A DNA stretch of 32,000 nucleotides from Vibrio vulnificus CMCP6 (GTDB lineage Bacteria; Pseudomonadota; Gammaproteobacteria; Enterobacterales; Vibrionaceae): contig NC_004460.2 of the NCBI RefSeq assembly GCF_000039765.1, positions 450,001 to 482,000 of the forward strand, read 5' to 3'. Position 1 is the stretch's first letter. Each line of letters opens with the position of its first letter. A program made the translations under genes and the position numbers. Of the stretch, positions 12,920 through 23,356 are shown in pieces. A model generated the notes under the pieces. The model had not been told where the DNA came from, ran no database searches, and worked only from the letters and a program-made list of their open reading frames with translations.

Positions 12920-13134
12920 GCTAGTCTCCTATAGCATTTGATTAATAAAACTCAAAAAAGAGTCAGATTTTCTTACTAGAATAAGAACTTTAGAATTAAT
13001 AATAAATGTATTAAATAGGTAAAATTAAATACACACTTTTATAACTGAGATGCTCGCTATTTTGTAGTGAATAACGAACATCTGTTAAACATGTTAGATG
13101 CAATTCTCAATTAACTAAAAATCATAAAAAAGTA
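12920..13134 (-). promoter_or_regulatory. AT-rich clpV-hcp intergenic region; likely internal promoter or regulatory region for hcp-vgrG-PAAR-rhs
   Basis: This is the only gap longer than 50 nt in the 22-kb operon. It is very AT-rich and holds an imperfect palindrome CATCTGTTAAACATGTTAGATG at 13079-13100. I could not define -35/-10 boxes unambiguously. Confidence 0.3.
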
Positions 13135-15699
13135 TTAGACGATTGAGATAGACAAGTCATCAACTTCACCTTCTATCTCAATTTTATTTATTCTTATATC
13201 ATTAAGAATGGCATTTAATACGGATTCAGATATTTTAGGCAGCACCTTATTTTCAATCACATTTTGAAGAGCACGCGCGCCACTGCCCGTTTCATTGCAG
13301 CTGTCAACAATACTATTAATTAAGCGATCGTTGATCACCGCTTCTGCTTTATAGTTTGTTTTTATCCTCTTCTGAATTTTGGAGAGTTTCAGCGCGGTGA
13401 TTTTCTCCAATACATCACGGTGCAAAGGGATATAAGGAATGACATTCACTCGACCTAAAAAAGCGGGCTTGAAATCCTGTAATAAATCATCTCGTAGCGC
13501 TTCTTTGAGTGCCTCCGGATCCGGAGCAAGCTCTGGATCTTGGAATAACTCCATTGTTGTTTCCGTCCCAGAGTTGGAAGTCATGATAATGATGGTGTTT
13601 TTGAAATCGATGTCTCGCCCTTCACCGTCTTTAATCATGCCCTTATCAAACACTTGATAGAAAATATCCTGTACACCCGGATGGGCTTTCTCCATTTCAT
13701 CAAGCAATATGACGCTGTAAGGTTTTCTTCTTACGGCTTCCGTTAGCACACCACCTTCGCCATACCCAACGTAGCCCGGAGGAGAGCCCAGCAGTAACGA
13801 GACTTTATGCTCTTCTTTAAATTCAGACATGTTAATGACGGTGATGTTTTCTTCACTACCATACACTTGCTCAGCAATGGCCAACGCAGATTCCGTTTTA
13901 CCGACACCACTTGGGCCTACCAAGAAAAAGATACCGTTAGGTTTTGATTCTTCATTGAGTTGTGCTCTCGCGGTTTTGATCACTTCCGCCATTTTACTCA
14001 ACGCGTGATCTTGGCCGACCACTCGCTCTTGCAGATGTTGCTGTAAGTCTAGAATCGCTTTTATTTCATCGCTTTTTAGTTTGCCTAATGGTATGCCTGT
14101 CCAGCCTGCAATAATTTCAGCAATTAGGGCTTCGTTAACATGCGAAAACACCAAAGGCATCGGGTTAGACGATAACTGCTGTTCAATGGATTGCAGCTGA
14201 TTGGCTTTCTCTGCAGATGGTTCTGCCAAAATGGAATCACGGAGCGCTTTGGCCTGCTTGACTGCGCCTTCTTCATCTCGCCACGTTGTCTCTAGTTGGT
14301 GAATTTCATTTTGAAGGAGCGACAACTTGCTCTCAAGTTCGTCAAGAGCTGTTTGATGAGAATGACCAAATGCAAGTTCATTGGTGAGCTGAAGCTGTTG
14401 AGCTTCTATCATTTGGCGTTTTTTGTATTTCTGATCAAGCAGCCCTGGTATCGAGTTTTGACTCAAAGCAACACGAGAGCACGCGGTATCTAAAACCGAT
14501 ACCGCCTTGTCTGGCAACTGACGGCCGCTAATGTAGCGAGAAGAAAGAAAGACGGCAGCCTTGAGTGCCTCGGTAGTAATGTGGACGCCATGATGTTTTT
14601 CCATGACAGGAACGAGGCCACGCAGCATCTCTATCGCCAATTCAGGTGAAGGTTCCTCTATTTTAACCACTTGAAAACGACGGGTCAGAGCTGCGTCTTT
14701 CTCTACATATTTTTTGTATTCAGCCCATGTGGTTGCGGCGATCGTGCGTAGCTCCCCCCTGGCTAAGGCGGGCTTAAGTATGTTCGCAGCATCACCTTGA
14801 CCAGCCTGCGCCCCTCCACCAATCAATCCATGCGCTTCATCGATAAACAGTACGATAGGCACCGCTGACTCTTTGACTTCTTTGACCACGTTCTTCAATC
14901 GATTTTCAAACTCGCCCTTCATACCAGCACCGGCCTGGAGTAGCGCCAAATCAAGCGATTTAATTCTCACTGCTTTAAGCGCGGGAGGCACATCCCCTTC
15001 AGCGATTTTTAGCGCAAGTCCTTCGACAACGGCGGTTTTACCTACCCCCGCCTCACCCGTCAGGATAGGGTTATTTTGACGGCGTCGCAGAAGAATATCC
15101 GTCATCAGACGAATTTCATCATCTCTGCCAATCACCGGATCAATTTGCCCCAACTCCGCTTGCTCTGTCAGATCTATCGTAAATTGATCCAACGCTTGTG
15201 TAGAAGCTCTGTGGTTGGGAATTTGATTAGCCATTTCAACATGAGTCTGTGCGTATTCGATTAGCGCACTAGGCTGAATTTTGCTTAGCTCTTTGCTCAC
15301 AGTCGAAGATAGAGCAAACAACGTGTCGTCAGAGAGGAAGGCATGAAGCAAATGAACAGCAGCAATTTTTTCTGCTTCAAACGCAATCGTCGCTGTCATC
15401 CATGCATTCTGTAGTATGGTGACCGTATGGGATGACAACCCCGGTACAGTTTGACAGCCCGTTTTGTACTTCTCTAATTGCAAAGTGAGATCCGTCTGCA
15501 ATTGGTTCAGATCAACCTTAAACGAGCGATACAGTTCGATTTCTTCAGGCCCAGCACTTTGCACTAGCGTAAGCAGCCAATGTGTCATTTCAATGCTGTG
15601 GTGAGTTCTTGAGCTCGCCAAAGCAGCGGCTTGCTCTAATGCTCTTTTCGCTTCAGGGGTTAACTTGTCAACTAACGCGGATAGTGAAAGAGATGCCAT
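13135..15699 (-). CDS. clpV: ClpV (TssH) AAA+ sheath-recycling ATPase
   Basis: 854 aa with two Walker A motifs (GEAGVGKTA, GPSGVGKTE), a Clp N-domain and a coiled-coil middle region. Confidence 0.95.
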   Translation of the reverse strand: MASLSLSALVDKLTPEAKRALEQAAALASSRTHHSIEMTHWLLTLVQSAGPEEIELYRSFKVDLNQLQTDLTLQLEKYKTGCQTVPGLSSHTVTILQNAWMTATIAFEAEKIAAVHLLHAFLSDDTLFALSSTVSKELSKIQPSALIEYAQTHVEMANQIPNHRASTQALDQFTIDLTEQAELGQIDPVIGRDDEIRLMTDILLRRRQNNPILTGEAGVGKTAVVEGLALKIAEGDVPPALKAVRIKSLDLALLQAGAGMKGEFENRLKNVVKEVKESAVPIVLFIDEAHGLIGGGAQAGQGDAANILKPALARGELRTIAATTWAEYKKYVEKDAALTRRFQVVKIEEPSPELAIEMLRGLVPVMEKHHGVHITTEALKAAVFLSSRYISGRQLPDKAVSVLDTACSRVALSQNSIPGLLDQKYKKRQMIEAQQLQLTNELAFGHSHQTALDELESKLSLLQNEIHQLETTWRDEEGAVKQAKALRDSILAEPSAEKANQLQSIEQQLSSNPMPLVFSHVNEALIAEIIAGWTGIPLGKLKSDEIKAILDLQQHLQERVVGQDHALSKMAEVIKTARAQLNEESKPNGIFFLVGPSGVGKTESALAIAEQVYGSEENITVINMSEFKEEHKVSLLLGSPPGYVGYGEGGVLTEAVRRKPYSVILLDEMEKAHPGVQDIFYQVFDKGMIKDGEGRDIDFKNTIIIMTSNSGTETTMELFQDPELAPDPEALKEALRDDLLQDFKPAFLGRVNVIPYIPLHRDVLEKITALKLSKIQKRIKTNYKAEAVINDRLINSIVDSCNETGSGARALQNVIENKVLPKISESVLNAILNDIRINKIEIEGEVDDLSISIV

Positions 15700-15712
15700 T
15701 CTTAAATCCTTT

Positions 15713-16681
15713 TTAAATTGTTATCGTTATTTGTTTATTTGCGTTCGATAGGCTCGGCATTAAGATACTGCCTTTGCCTAATCGACCTCTTCCTTTTGCT
15801 AAGTTAGCGCTAGGAAGTTGTGCTCTACGAGCGGTTAAAGTCCAACGAATACGCTTACTCGTCCCCAACATGCGGCACATCAAATGCTTGGTCTCACTCA
15901 ATCGTTCGGTGTGGAGCAACGCCGCCAATGAATCAGGGTCCTTTGCAATCAACTCGACATCAAATCCAGAACTCATGTTCCAGCTTTGCTTACCAAGCAT
16001 GGCCCCCAATCCCAGTTGTGCGTGCTGCCCTTCCGGCCTATCACGGCTGCAAAGGCGAGTTTGCTCTGCTTCACTAATGTCAAACCAGCGACCTTTGAAC
16101 TCATGCAAACACACATCACATCCGGTATAAAACTCAATGATGCTTTTGATGTATGCACGGCTTCGACGCTTTGACGTAAACATACCGCCAAAGAAAATCG
16201 CTTCATCGTCAAGGTTGCCAGTCAGAGAGGAGAGGACGGTCTGAATGGGCGACGCCGCTGATTTCTTATCTTGCGTTCGCAGTTGTGCGGGCAATTGGTA
16301 TGACTGCCAACACCGGTAGTAGAGAGAGAGCAGTCTGTGGTTAAAAATGTCGAAGAAATCCTTCATAGCCGTGTCATTTTCACGCGCCCTTTGCATAACC
16401 AGCTCGCTGTAATGACTCGGCAGTACCCCCTGCTCACCGGTTAAACCGATGATGTTGGTTTGTAAGGTTAATTTATTGCTCTGGCAATTTGGCACGACAT
16501 TTATCAGCTCTCGCGCCTCATAACCTAAACGTTGCGAGACTGTGAGCTGGATTTTTTCATTCTTTGGTAACGCATCAGAACCCAGATGACTATCTGCCTG
16601 CAGTAGATGAGTCTCGATCAAATGTATCGCGGTAAAGAGAGGTAGCGATTCAATCTCAGCGAGAAAATCTTCACTTTTCAT
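15713..16681 (-). CDS. tssG: TssG baseplate protein
   Basis: About 322 aa, following tssF with an ATGA overlap (16678-16681). It starts MKSEDFLAEIESLPLFTAIHLIE, and position and size are typical. The ORF-track start at 16714 overlaps tssF and is rejected. Confidence 0.85.
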   Translation of the reverse strand: MKSEDFLAEIESLPLFTAIHLIETHLLQADSHLGSDALPKNEKIQLTVSQRLGYEARELINVVPNCQSNKLTLQTNIIGLTGEQGVLPSHYSELVMQRARENDTAMKDFFDIFNHRLLSLYYRCWQSYQLPAQLRTQDKKSAASPIQTVLSSLTGNLDDEAIFFGGMFTSKRRSRAYIKSIIEFYTGCDVCLHEFKGRWFDISEAEQTRLCSRDRPEGQHAQLGLGAMLGKQSWNMSSGFDVELIAKDPDSLAALLHTERLSETKHLMCRMLGTSKRIRWTLTARRAQLPSANLAKGRGRLGKGSILMPSLSNANKQITITI

Positions 16682-18504
16682 AACAGCTCTCTCTCTCCCG
16701 CCATCGATGGCCATGTATGGAATAACGCCCCAGTGGAGGAGAGCTTAATCAGTAGCCGTGTGAACGTGTTGACTTCAGCGAATTGTGAGAAGTAACTCGA
16801 TAGCACGTTTCCTAACAAAAAGATCTGTTCTCGAGACAAAATCTGATCGGAAATCGTTAAGGTGATTTCGCTGCCGTGGCAAAAACCGACCCGACCATTT
16901 TGCACCACACGCCCAGTCGTCATCTTTGTCGACATACCTTTAATTGAATCGATCAATGCTTTGGTTTCTGGCGAACCTCTAAAAGCCAGCAAGTTTAAGA
17001 TTTGCTTAAGCGTTTCCGCTCCTTGTTGATTGCAGAAATGATCCAATGTAATCAGTTTTGCAAACTGCCATCGAGTCGTCTCATCCATTTCGGCGCGAAT
17101 GGTTTCGGTTGGCGTGGTCAAGCAACGAACGCGACTAAAATTGTCCTGACTCTCGGGCAATGTGACCAAAGGAAGCCCTCCACCAAACGGAATTTTGGCG
17201 GGGAGATTACGATTGCAACACCACGTGTCGATCGACATCAACCAACTTTCTTTCGCATCGGGGGCAAACAATTGGTGCTTACGATCAACCAGTGATACGA
17301 ACACTTCCCGCCCGGGTTCATCAAAACCACCAGCCCAGTTTCTATCTTCTCTACGCATTAACCAGAACAGATCATATTGCGTTTGATAGTGGGTATGCGT
17401 CCCCGCATAGTAAGGGGGCAAGTTTTCGAAGACCTTATTCCAGTTTCTTAAAGTGACGTCATCAATACTGACCACTTCACTCGACTCTGGATCGCAGTGC
17501 TCTGGATGCAGTTGATATTCATATTCAGAGGCTTGCACCCTCATTGGCTTCATTTTCGCTTGATAAAGATTGACAACCGGAACCGCTCCTAAGGCGATAT
17601 TTTCGACAGAGACTTGTTTCTCCAACCAGTCGTTGCCCTCTGCAAAATAGAGCCAGATTTCCACTTTCCCTTGTTCGCTAGCGAGGACTGAGAGATCTAA
17701 GTCTGTCAGCTCAAAAAAGAGAAATTTTTCGGGGAAGTGCAAGTACTCGATCAATAGACGCGTGCCAGAAAAGCTACGCTTACTGTATGGAACCGCCTGT
17801 ATTTGGTCGTCGAAGCCCAATGAACGTATGTGACGTGGCGTGAGCTCTTTTTTGCATCGACCTCCTTGTACCAAGCTTAGGCCAATGCAGGATTGAAAAA
17901 TTTGTTGATAAAGCTGCAGAGCCGCTTGTCGTTGACCACTCAGATAGAATCGCAGGCATGAATCATCCAGAGTGGATAGGCTCAACTCAGCATTGTTCGA
18001 TTGAATTTCGAGTTTGAGCACTGACTTGGCAGCGAGCTCCATACGACATTCTGTGCCGCTAAAAGGGGCATTTTCAAACTGGGCGTCAGTGACATCAAAA
18101 GGATGAACTTGTGTGGCACAGCATGTTTTGAAGTCACACTCTTGGTATCCCGGTGCCGTGATCGTGACGCGTTCTCCTTTGGCCACCGTAAACGCCGACG
18201 ACGAAGAGGTCGTTCCTTTCAACTGCACAATCGACATTGACGGAATGGGGGCATGAAAATCGGGAAATAGCTGCCCAATTAACGCTTCGGTTAGCTGTGG
18301 AAACGCGTTATCCAAGCTTTGTCGTATACGAGCAGAGAGAAAAGCACACCCTTCGAGAAGCCTTGAGACATGAGGGTCTTCAACGACTTCATCATTCATT
18401 CGCAATCGAGCTGCAATCTTAGGGTATTGTTCCCCAAATTCATGGCCTTTATGACGCAAATACGCGAGTTCTCGATTGTAGTATTTCAGAAAATCTTCAC
18501 TCAT
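16678..18504 (-). CDS. tssF: TssF baseplate protein
   Basis: 608 aa. The N-terminus YYNRELAYLRHKGHEFGEQYPKIAARL is the canonical TssF start. It has an ATGA overlap with tssE. Confidence 0.92.
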   Translation of the reverse strand: MSEDFLKYYNRELAYLRHKGHEFGEQYPKIAARLRMNDEVVEDPHVSRLLEGCAFLSARIRQSLDNAFPQLTEALIGQLFPDFHAPIPSMSIVQLKGTTSSSSAFTVAKGERVTITAPGYQECDFKTCCATQVHPFDVTDAQFENAPFSGTECRMELAAKSVLKLEIQSNNAELSLSTLDDSCLRFYLSGQRQAALQLYQQIFQSCIGLSLVQGGRCKKELTPRHIRSLGFDDQIQAVPYSKRSFSGTRLLIEYLHFPEKFLFFELTDLDLSVLASEQGKVEIWLYFAEGNDWLEKQVSVENIALGAVPVVNLYQAKMKPMRVQASEYEYQLHPEHCDPESSEVVSIDDVTLRNWNKVFENLPPYYAGTHTHYQTQYDLFWLMRREDRNWAGGFDEPGREVFVSLVDRKHQLFAPDAKESWLMSIDTWCCNRNLPAKIPFGGGLPLVTLPESQDNFSRVRCLTTPTETIRAEMDETTRWQFAKLITLDHFCNQQGAETLKQILNLLAFRGSPETKALIDSIKGMSTKMTTGRVVQNGRVGFCHGSEITLTISDQILSREQIFLLGNVLSSYFSQFAEVNTFTRLLIKLSSTGALFHTWPSMAGERELL

Positions 18505-18974
18505 TTCGCTCTACTCAGTTTTATCCCTAGACTGACGGGCTCAACTTCCGAATCCATAACCAACTCCTGCTCGTTATTATCAATCATGCAGGTCGCCTTG
18601 ATTCTGAGTTTTAAAATTCGATCTAACGGATTTTTGTCTTCTGCAATGGCGACCGACACATAGTTGAGCCTAGGTTCATACTGTTGAATGGTTTCTTTCA
18701 CTCGTTGGCACAGAACCTGTTGCCCATCCGCGCTGCTAAATGGCATTGATGAGAAATCTGGCAAACCATATCGCAAGATAGACGTCTGTATTTCACGTAG
18801 CTCATCTGACAACGTCATCCAGTTGATACGGCTGTTCAGTAATGATTCAAGATCTCGTCTGAGTGAATCCATCAACGCATGTCGCGTTAATGGAAAGTCT
18901 CTATCAATGCTGCTCAGAGGATCACTGTCCGTCAATTTATCCATGAGGGATGGGACTAGACCTGTTTCACTCAT
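18501..18974 (-). CDS. tssE: TssE (gp25-like) baseplate protein
   Basis: 157 aa, SLMDKLTDSDP...RDLESLLNSR...YGLPDFS, a gp25/lysozyme-like family pattern. It has ATGA overlaps on both sides. Confidence 0.9.
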   Translation of the reverse strand: MSETGLVPSLMDKLTDSDPLSSIDRDFPLTRHALMDSLRRDLESLLNSRINWMTLSDELREIQTSILRYGLPDFSSMPFSSADGQQVLCQRVKETIQQYEPRLNYVSVAIAEDKNPLDRILKLRIKATCMIDNNEQELVMDSEVEPVSLGIKLSRAK

Positions 18975-19774
18975 TCAATCGTGGTTTCCACAGCCAAGGC
19001 GACTCGTTCTAATTGGCTCAAAGCCAGCGCATTGTCACCAACCAGCCACATCTTTTGCCCTTGACCGATGCAGTGATCCGTACCTAGAACATTTTTCCAG
19101 TCCGTTTCTCTGCCCAGTTTTTGGTTGCCACTTTCGGAATCTACGTACGTCATTGGGAAATGAGCTTCACCTTCGCCAAGTCCTTGAATATCGAACTCGC
19201 ATGGTCGCCATAGTGTTTCCAACATGTTGGTGGCGGGTTTGAGTTCCAAGTAATGGAGATGGTCCATCGGAACTAAGAAATAGTTACCTGCGGAAGAAAA
19301 GAGCTCAATGAAGCCCCCCAATCGATCATCGAGATCTCTCACATCATCATAGCGCACACCATTAATTTCAAATTGGAGTGCTTGACGGGATTGCTCTGCA
19401 CGCTCACACACCGAGATCAGTTCCTCATGGTTGTTCTCTTTTTGCGCCAAAATGAACTGAACAATCGTTTCACCCAGTTTTTCGGTACCCTCTATGAATT
19501 GCGCTGATGCGGCGCCTGCAAAAAAGTCCTTTCTTGCTTGAGCAGCTTTAACCAGATGACGAATTTGGCTTGCTCCGGGCAAATACTCAGGGAACAACTT
19601 AATGGACTGCATTAACTGTTCATCCGCGCGCTCAAACTCGCCCATGATGCATAGCAGTTCAATAAACTTGCTGCGAATAGTGGCGTTTTTGGGCGCCAAT
19701 TTGATTTCTTTAATCAGCGCTTGTTTGGCGAGTTCGAGCTCGCTTCGACTGAGGTGGTCTTGCCAATCTGACAT
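18971..19774 (-). CDS. tagJ: TagJ (ImpE/SciE-family) T6SS accessory protein
   Basis: The N-terminus is TPR-like (AKQALIKEIKLAPKNATIRSKFIELLCIMGEFERADEQL), as in ImpE. It sits between the sheath genes and tssE, as in H1-T6SS. The ATG at 19774 has an AAGGAA Shine-Dalgarno; the track start at 19792 is a TTG. Confidence 0.8.
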   Translation of the reverse strand: MSDWQDHLSRSELELAKQALIKEIKLAPKNATIRSKFIELLCIMGEFERADEQLMQSIKLFPEYLPGASQIRHLVKAAQARKDFFAGAASAQFIEGTEKLGETIVQFILAQKENNHEELISVCERAEQSRQALQFEINGVRYDDVRDLDDRLGGFIELFSSAGNYFLVPMDHLHYLELKPATNMLETLWRPCEFDIQGLGEGEAHFPMTYVDSESGNQKLGRETDWKNVLGTDHCIGQGQKMWLVGDNALALSQLERVALAVETTIE

Positions 19775-19784
19775 GTTTATTTCC

Positions 19785-21278
19785 TTATACAATATGCTCA
19801 GGAGACAACTCCGTAATCAACTTGATCGATGAAACCATTTGATCCAGTTGAAAATGGGGCCGTAGGTGGATCACCGAATAATATTTTCCTGGGCTACCTA
19901 GCTTTTCAGTGACTTTTATTTTGGCTTCGTTAAGCGGATATTTTGCTCTCAGTTCATCCGAAGCCTCATCAGACGCAGTGGTATATTTATGAAGCCACGC
20001 CTGAAAATCTCGTTCTATCGATTGGGCATCTTGATAGCTGCCAATCCGATCTCTTCCCATCACTTTTAAATAGTGAGCAATTCTTGAAACACATAAGGTG
20101 TATTGCAACATCGAAGACAAACGTGCATTTACACTCGCTCCCTTGGAAGCAAACTGCTGAGGTTTGTGCAAAGAGATGTTCGACGTAAAGCTAACAAACG
20201 GCGTTTCAGCGACGGGAGACAGAGGGATAAATCCACAATCTGCCAACTCTTGCTCTCTTTTTTCCGTTATTTTTAAGTTGAGAGGTGCGCGATATCGCCC
20301 TCCCTTTCCTGGTAAATCAACCTGACATAAAGAAGGAGGCTGGATAATGCCTTGAGAGTAGTCCCCTGTTTTATGTCCACGTATGTGTGTAAACCAACCA
20401 TGCTCTTGAAATGCTCTAACAATGACCGCGGCAAAGGAATAGGCGGCATTTCCCCACAACAAATCTTGGTGCGAATCTCGAACTCGTTCGTTATAAACAA
20501 ACGAATCCGATCTCGAGCCGTCACTTTGATATGGCTGACGATACAAAAGGTTGGGTAGCGTTAAACCAATAAACCGAACATCTTCTTCGGCTCGTAGTCG
20601 TTTCCAACTCACGTATTCATTTTGCTCAAATTGGGCATAGACGTTCGTCATCGACGCGATGTTTTCAAAGTAATCTGAACCAAAAACACTCGGTTCGACC
20701 GACATAATGAAAGGGCTAAACGCCGCTGCTGCCGACTGCGCAATTTTCCTTAATATGTTGATTTCTCTTTCAACCACCATGGCGTTTTGACCGCCACAGA
20801 GATAATAGTCGCCAATCAATAAACCAAACGGCTCTCCCCCTGGCATCGAGTATTCGTTTTGATAGACCAACTTAAACAGCGCGGATTGATCGAACTCTAT
20901 CGCTCGCTCACTGTCTTTCTTCAGCTCTTCCCATGTACAAGATAGGACTTTGACCTTTACAAGCTCTCCGGCATTGTGATCTTTCTGCTGCACAAGGTAA
21001 TTTAAGCCTCGCCACGTCGCTTCAAGCTTTTGCATTTGTCGGTGATGAAGAATCTCATCCAGTTGAGCGCTCACTTCCCTATCAATCGATTCAATGGCAC
21101 TGATGATGCTGTGAACAAACTCTTGTTTCGTTTTCGCTCCAGAAATCTCAACCCAATAGCTCACCATCTGCGTCATCGTCTTGGCATCAAGAAAATGCGC
21201 CATCCAAATACCATTCTCCAAAGCAGACTCTGGTGTCGGTAAATCGTGGGAAAGTTGCTCAATTTCGATGAAATTCAT
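19785..21278 (-). CDS. Second, divergent TssC (VipB/EvpB-family) sheath-like paralog
   Basis: It aligns by eye along its length with the upstream TssC: [19 protein letters not shown] vs [19 protein letters not shown]; GGEPFGLLIGDY vs [12 protein letters not shown]; AAAAFSPF vs AAAGFSPF; IAHYLKVMGRDRIGSY vs [16 protein letters not shown]; LRAKYPLNEAKIKV vs [14 protein letters not shown]. The first ATG is at 21278. The track start at 21392 is a TTG inside tssC. Confidence 0.85.
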   Translation of the reverse strand: MNFIEIEQLSHDLPTPESALENGIWMAHFLDAKTMTQMVSYWVEISGAKTKQEFVHSIISAIESIDREVSAQLDEILHHRQMQKLEATWRGLNYLVQQKDHNAGELVKVKVLSCTWEELKKDSERAIEFDQSALFKLVYQNEYSMPGGEPFGLLIGDYYLCGGQNAMVVEREINILRKIAQSAAAAFSPFIMSVEPSVFGSDYFENIASMTNVYAQFEQNEYVSWKRLRAEEDVRFIGLTLPNLLYRQPYQSDGSRSDSFVYNERVRDSHQDLLWGNAAYSFAAVIVRAFQEHGWFTHIRGHKTGDYSQGIIQPPSLCQVDLPGKGGRYRAPLNLKITEKREQELADCGFIPLSPVAETPFVSFTSNISLHKPQQFASKGASVNARLSSMLQYTLCVSRIAHYLKVMGRDRIGSYQDAQSIERDFQAWLHKYTTASDEASDELRAKYPLNEAKIKVTEKLGSPGKYYSVIHLRPHFQLDQMVSSIKLITELSPEHIV

Positions 21279-21322
21279 ATCAATATGAGGGACTGGCTTG
21301 TTATGCCAGCCCCTAGTCTCTC

Positions 21323-22816
21323 TTATCCGCCAGACTGAGGGATTTTCGCTACCAAACGGAGAGACGTTGTGAGCTCTTCCATTTGCAGCCAAGGCTTAAG
21401 CCACGCGACCGCGTTGTAAGCACCCGGTGCGCCAGGAACTTCTCTGACCTGCACTCGCGCATCCGCCAACGGGTATTTCGCACGGATCTCTTGACCACCG
21501 CCTTCCGACGCGTTGACGTAGCCAAGGATCCATCGATTTAGCCATGACTCAACGTCTTCTGCTTCCATGAAGCTACCAATCTTATCTCGCGCCATGACCT
21601 TGAGATAATGCGCAAAACGAGAAGTCGCCATCATGTAAGGCAAGCGCGCAGAAATCGCAGCATTCGCAGTGGCATCTGGCGAATCGTATTTGGCTGGTTT
21701 TTGGCAGGTTTGCGCACCAAAGAATACAGCGTAGTTGGTATTCTTATAGTGACATAAAGGCAGGAAGCCCAGTTTACCTAACTCGGATTCACGACGGTCA
21801 GTAATGCCAATTTCGGTCGGGCATTTCATATCTGGATCGCCATCGTCACTCATAAAGAAGTGCGTTGGCAGATTGTCGACACGACCACCACCCTCAGCAC
21901 CACGAATTGCCGTGCAGAATCCATACTTGGCAAATGCGTCAGTGAGCTTCGCTCCCAGTACATACGACGAGTTCATCCAGCAGTAGTCGTTGTGCTGCGC
22001 ATTCACGGCAATTCCGGTGGTTTCGTCTACGGAAAACTCTTCAAAACCAAACTCTTCGACTGGCGATGTCGCTTGTCCATAAGGAAGTCGAGCAAGGACT
22101 TTCGGCATCGTCAAGCTGACAAAGCGTGAGTCTTGGCTTTCACGGAATGCGCGCCACTGAGTGTACTCGAGCGACTCAAATACTTTCTCTAAATCTCTAG
22201 GCTTCGACAATTCCGTCCATTCGTCAAAACCAAACAACGCAGGTGAGGCGGCAGAAAGGAATGGAGAAAAACCAGCTGCCGCAACATTCGACATAAGACG
22301 CAGCGTTTCAATATCTTCTGGATGATTCGTAAATTCATAGTCACCAATGATCGCACCATATGGCTCACCACCAGCACTACCGAATTCTGATTCGTAGACT
22401 TTCTTAAAGACCTGGCTTTGATCGAACTCCACTGCTTTACTCAAATCTTTGTGCAGCTCTTTCTTGGTCATACTCACCATACGAATCTTTAACGTGGAGC
22501 TCGTTTCCGAATTCATCACCAGATAATTCAACCCACGCCACGTTCCTTCCAACTTTTGCAACTCAGGGTGATGCATCACCGCAGACAGCTGTTCGGAAAT
22601 CTTTTTGTCCAAAGCGGTAATGGCTTCACGAAACGTCACGGTTAGGTTTTTATTCCACGTTACCGTACCTTTTAAAGCTTCTTCTGTTAATGTTTTGATT
22701 AACTCTTCTGCTCTCGACGCTTCCGTTTGTTTGGTCGCGCCAATCGCTTGTTCTAAGAAGGAAAAACTCTGGCCTTCAACGGTGGGGTCTAATTGTGTTT
22801 CAAGCTGTGTTGTCAT
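21323..22816 (-). CDS. tssC: TssC (VipB) large sheath subunit
   Basis: 497 aa with canonical TssC motifs (see the paralog comparison). It directly follows tssB. Confidence 0.95.
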   Translation of the reverse strand: MTTQLETQLDPTVEGQSFSFLEQAIGATKQTEASRAEELIKTLTEEALKGTVTWNKNLTVTFREAITALDKKISEQLSAVMHHPELQKLEGTWRGLNYLVMNSETSSTLKIRMVSMTKKELHKDLSKAVEFDQSQVFKKVYESEFGSAGGEPYGAIIGDYEFTNHPEDIETLRLMSNVAAAGFSPFLSAASPALFGFDEWTELSKPRDLEKVFESLEYTQWRAFRESQDSRFVSLTMPKVLARLPYGQATSPVEEFGFEEFSVDETTGIAVNAQHNDYCWMNSSYVLGAKLTDAFAKYGFCTAIRGAEGGGRVDNLPTHFFMSDDGDPDMKCPTEIGITDRRESELGKLGFLPLCHYKNTNYAVFFGAQTCQKPAKYDSPDATANAAISARLPYMMATSRFAHYLKVMARDKIGSFMEAEDVESWLNRWILGYVNASEGGGQEIRAKYPLADARVQVREVPGAPGAYNAVAWLKPWLQMEELTTSLRLVAKIPQSGG

Positions 22817-22827
22817 TGTGCAGTCCC

Positions 22828-23340
22828 TTACTCCGCTTTCTCTTCTTGGCCTAACTTGAGTTCATCAGCCAATTTAGATAGGTTGTCGGTGTTGTTCAAA
22901 ACCGCTTCAAGCACGTTTTCTAGTTCTTCTGAACGGTCAACTTTGGTCATTAGGTCACGCAATTTGTTGCGTGTGTCCATTAATTGACGAAGCGGATCAA
23001 CTTGTCTAACAATCGAGGCGGGTTCGAAATCCTTCATCGATTGGAACTGCAGATTGACCGCAAATTCCGTTCCGTCATCCACCATCGTGTTTTTCACTTT
23101 AAACTCCACTGATGGACTCATTTTCTTGAGTACATCATCAAAGTTGTCTCGATCAATTTGAATAAAGCGACGGTCTTTTAGTGGTTTGAGGGCTTCAGTA
23201 TTTTGGCCAGCAAAATCCCCCATCACACCCACTACAAACGGAAGTTCTTTCTTCAGTGATGTGCCTTCTGTTTCAACATCATAGGTAATATGAACACGTG
23301 GCTTCCGTACTCGCGATAATTTCGAGTGGATACTAGTCAT
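22828..23340 (-). CDS. tssB: TssB (VipA) small sheath subunit
   Basis: 170 aa, [12 protein letters not shown]...[13 protein letters not shown]...L..LDRSEELE, the typical VipA pattern. Confidence 0.95.
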   Translation of the reverse strand: MTSIHSKLSRVRKPRVHITYDVETEGTSLKKELPFVVGVMGDFAGQNTEALKPLKDRRFIQIDRDNFDDVLKKMSPSVEFKVKNTMVDDGTEFAVNLQFQSMKDFEPASIVRQVDPLRQLMDTRNKLRDLMTKVDRSEELENVLEAVLNNTDNLSKLADELKLGQEEKAE

Positions 23341-23356
23341 ATCGTTCTCCCTTTAA

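Noticed and set aside
12916-12929. GC-N10-CC spacing (reverse complement of the sigma54 GG-N10-GC) near hcp
   Set aside because: It overlaps the hcp start codon and Shine-Dalgarno, so it cannot be an upstream promoter. No other CC dinucleotide exists in the AT-rich gap.
18688-19242. 184-aa plus-strand ORF antisense to tssE/tagJ, and similar ORFs at 15774-16130 and 17002-17295
   Set aside because: They are antisense to recognisable T6SS core genes joined by ATGA-coupled junctions. They show no motifs and no independent expression signals.
21279-21392. N-terminal extensions in ORF-track starts: tssC paralog 21392, tagJ 19792, tssG 16714, pppA 25362, vgrG 12406
   Set aside because: Most begin at TTG codons (or, for tssG, an upstream start) inside the preceding gene in another frame, or overlap it by tens of nt. 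Downstream ATGs give the canonical N-termini, and for tagJ and tssA a Shine-Dalgarno as well.
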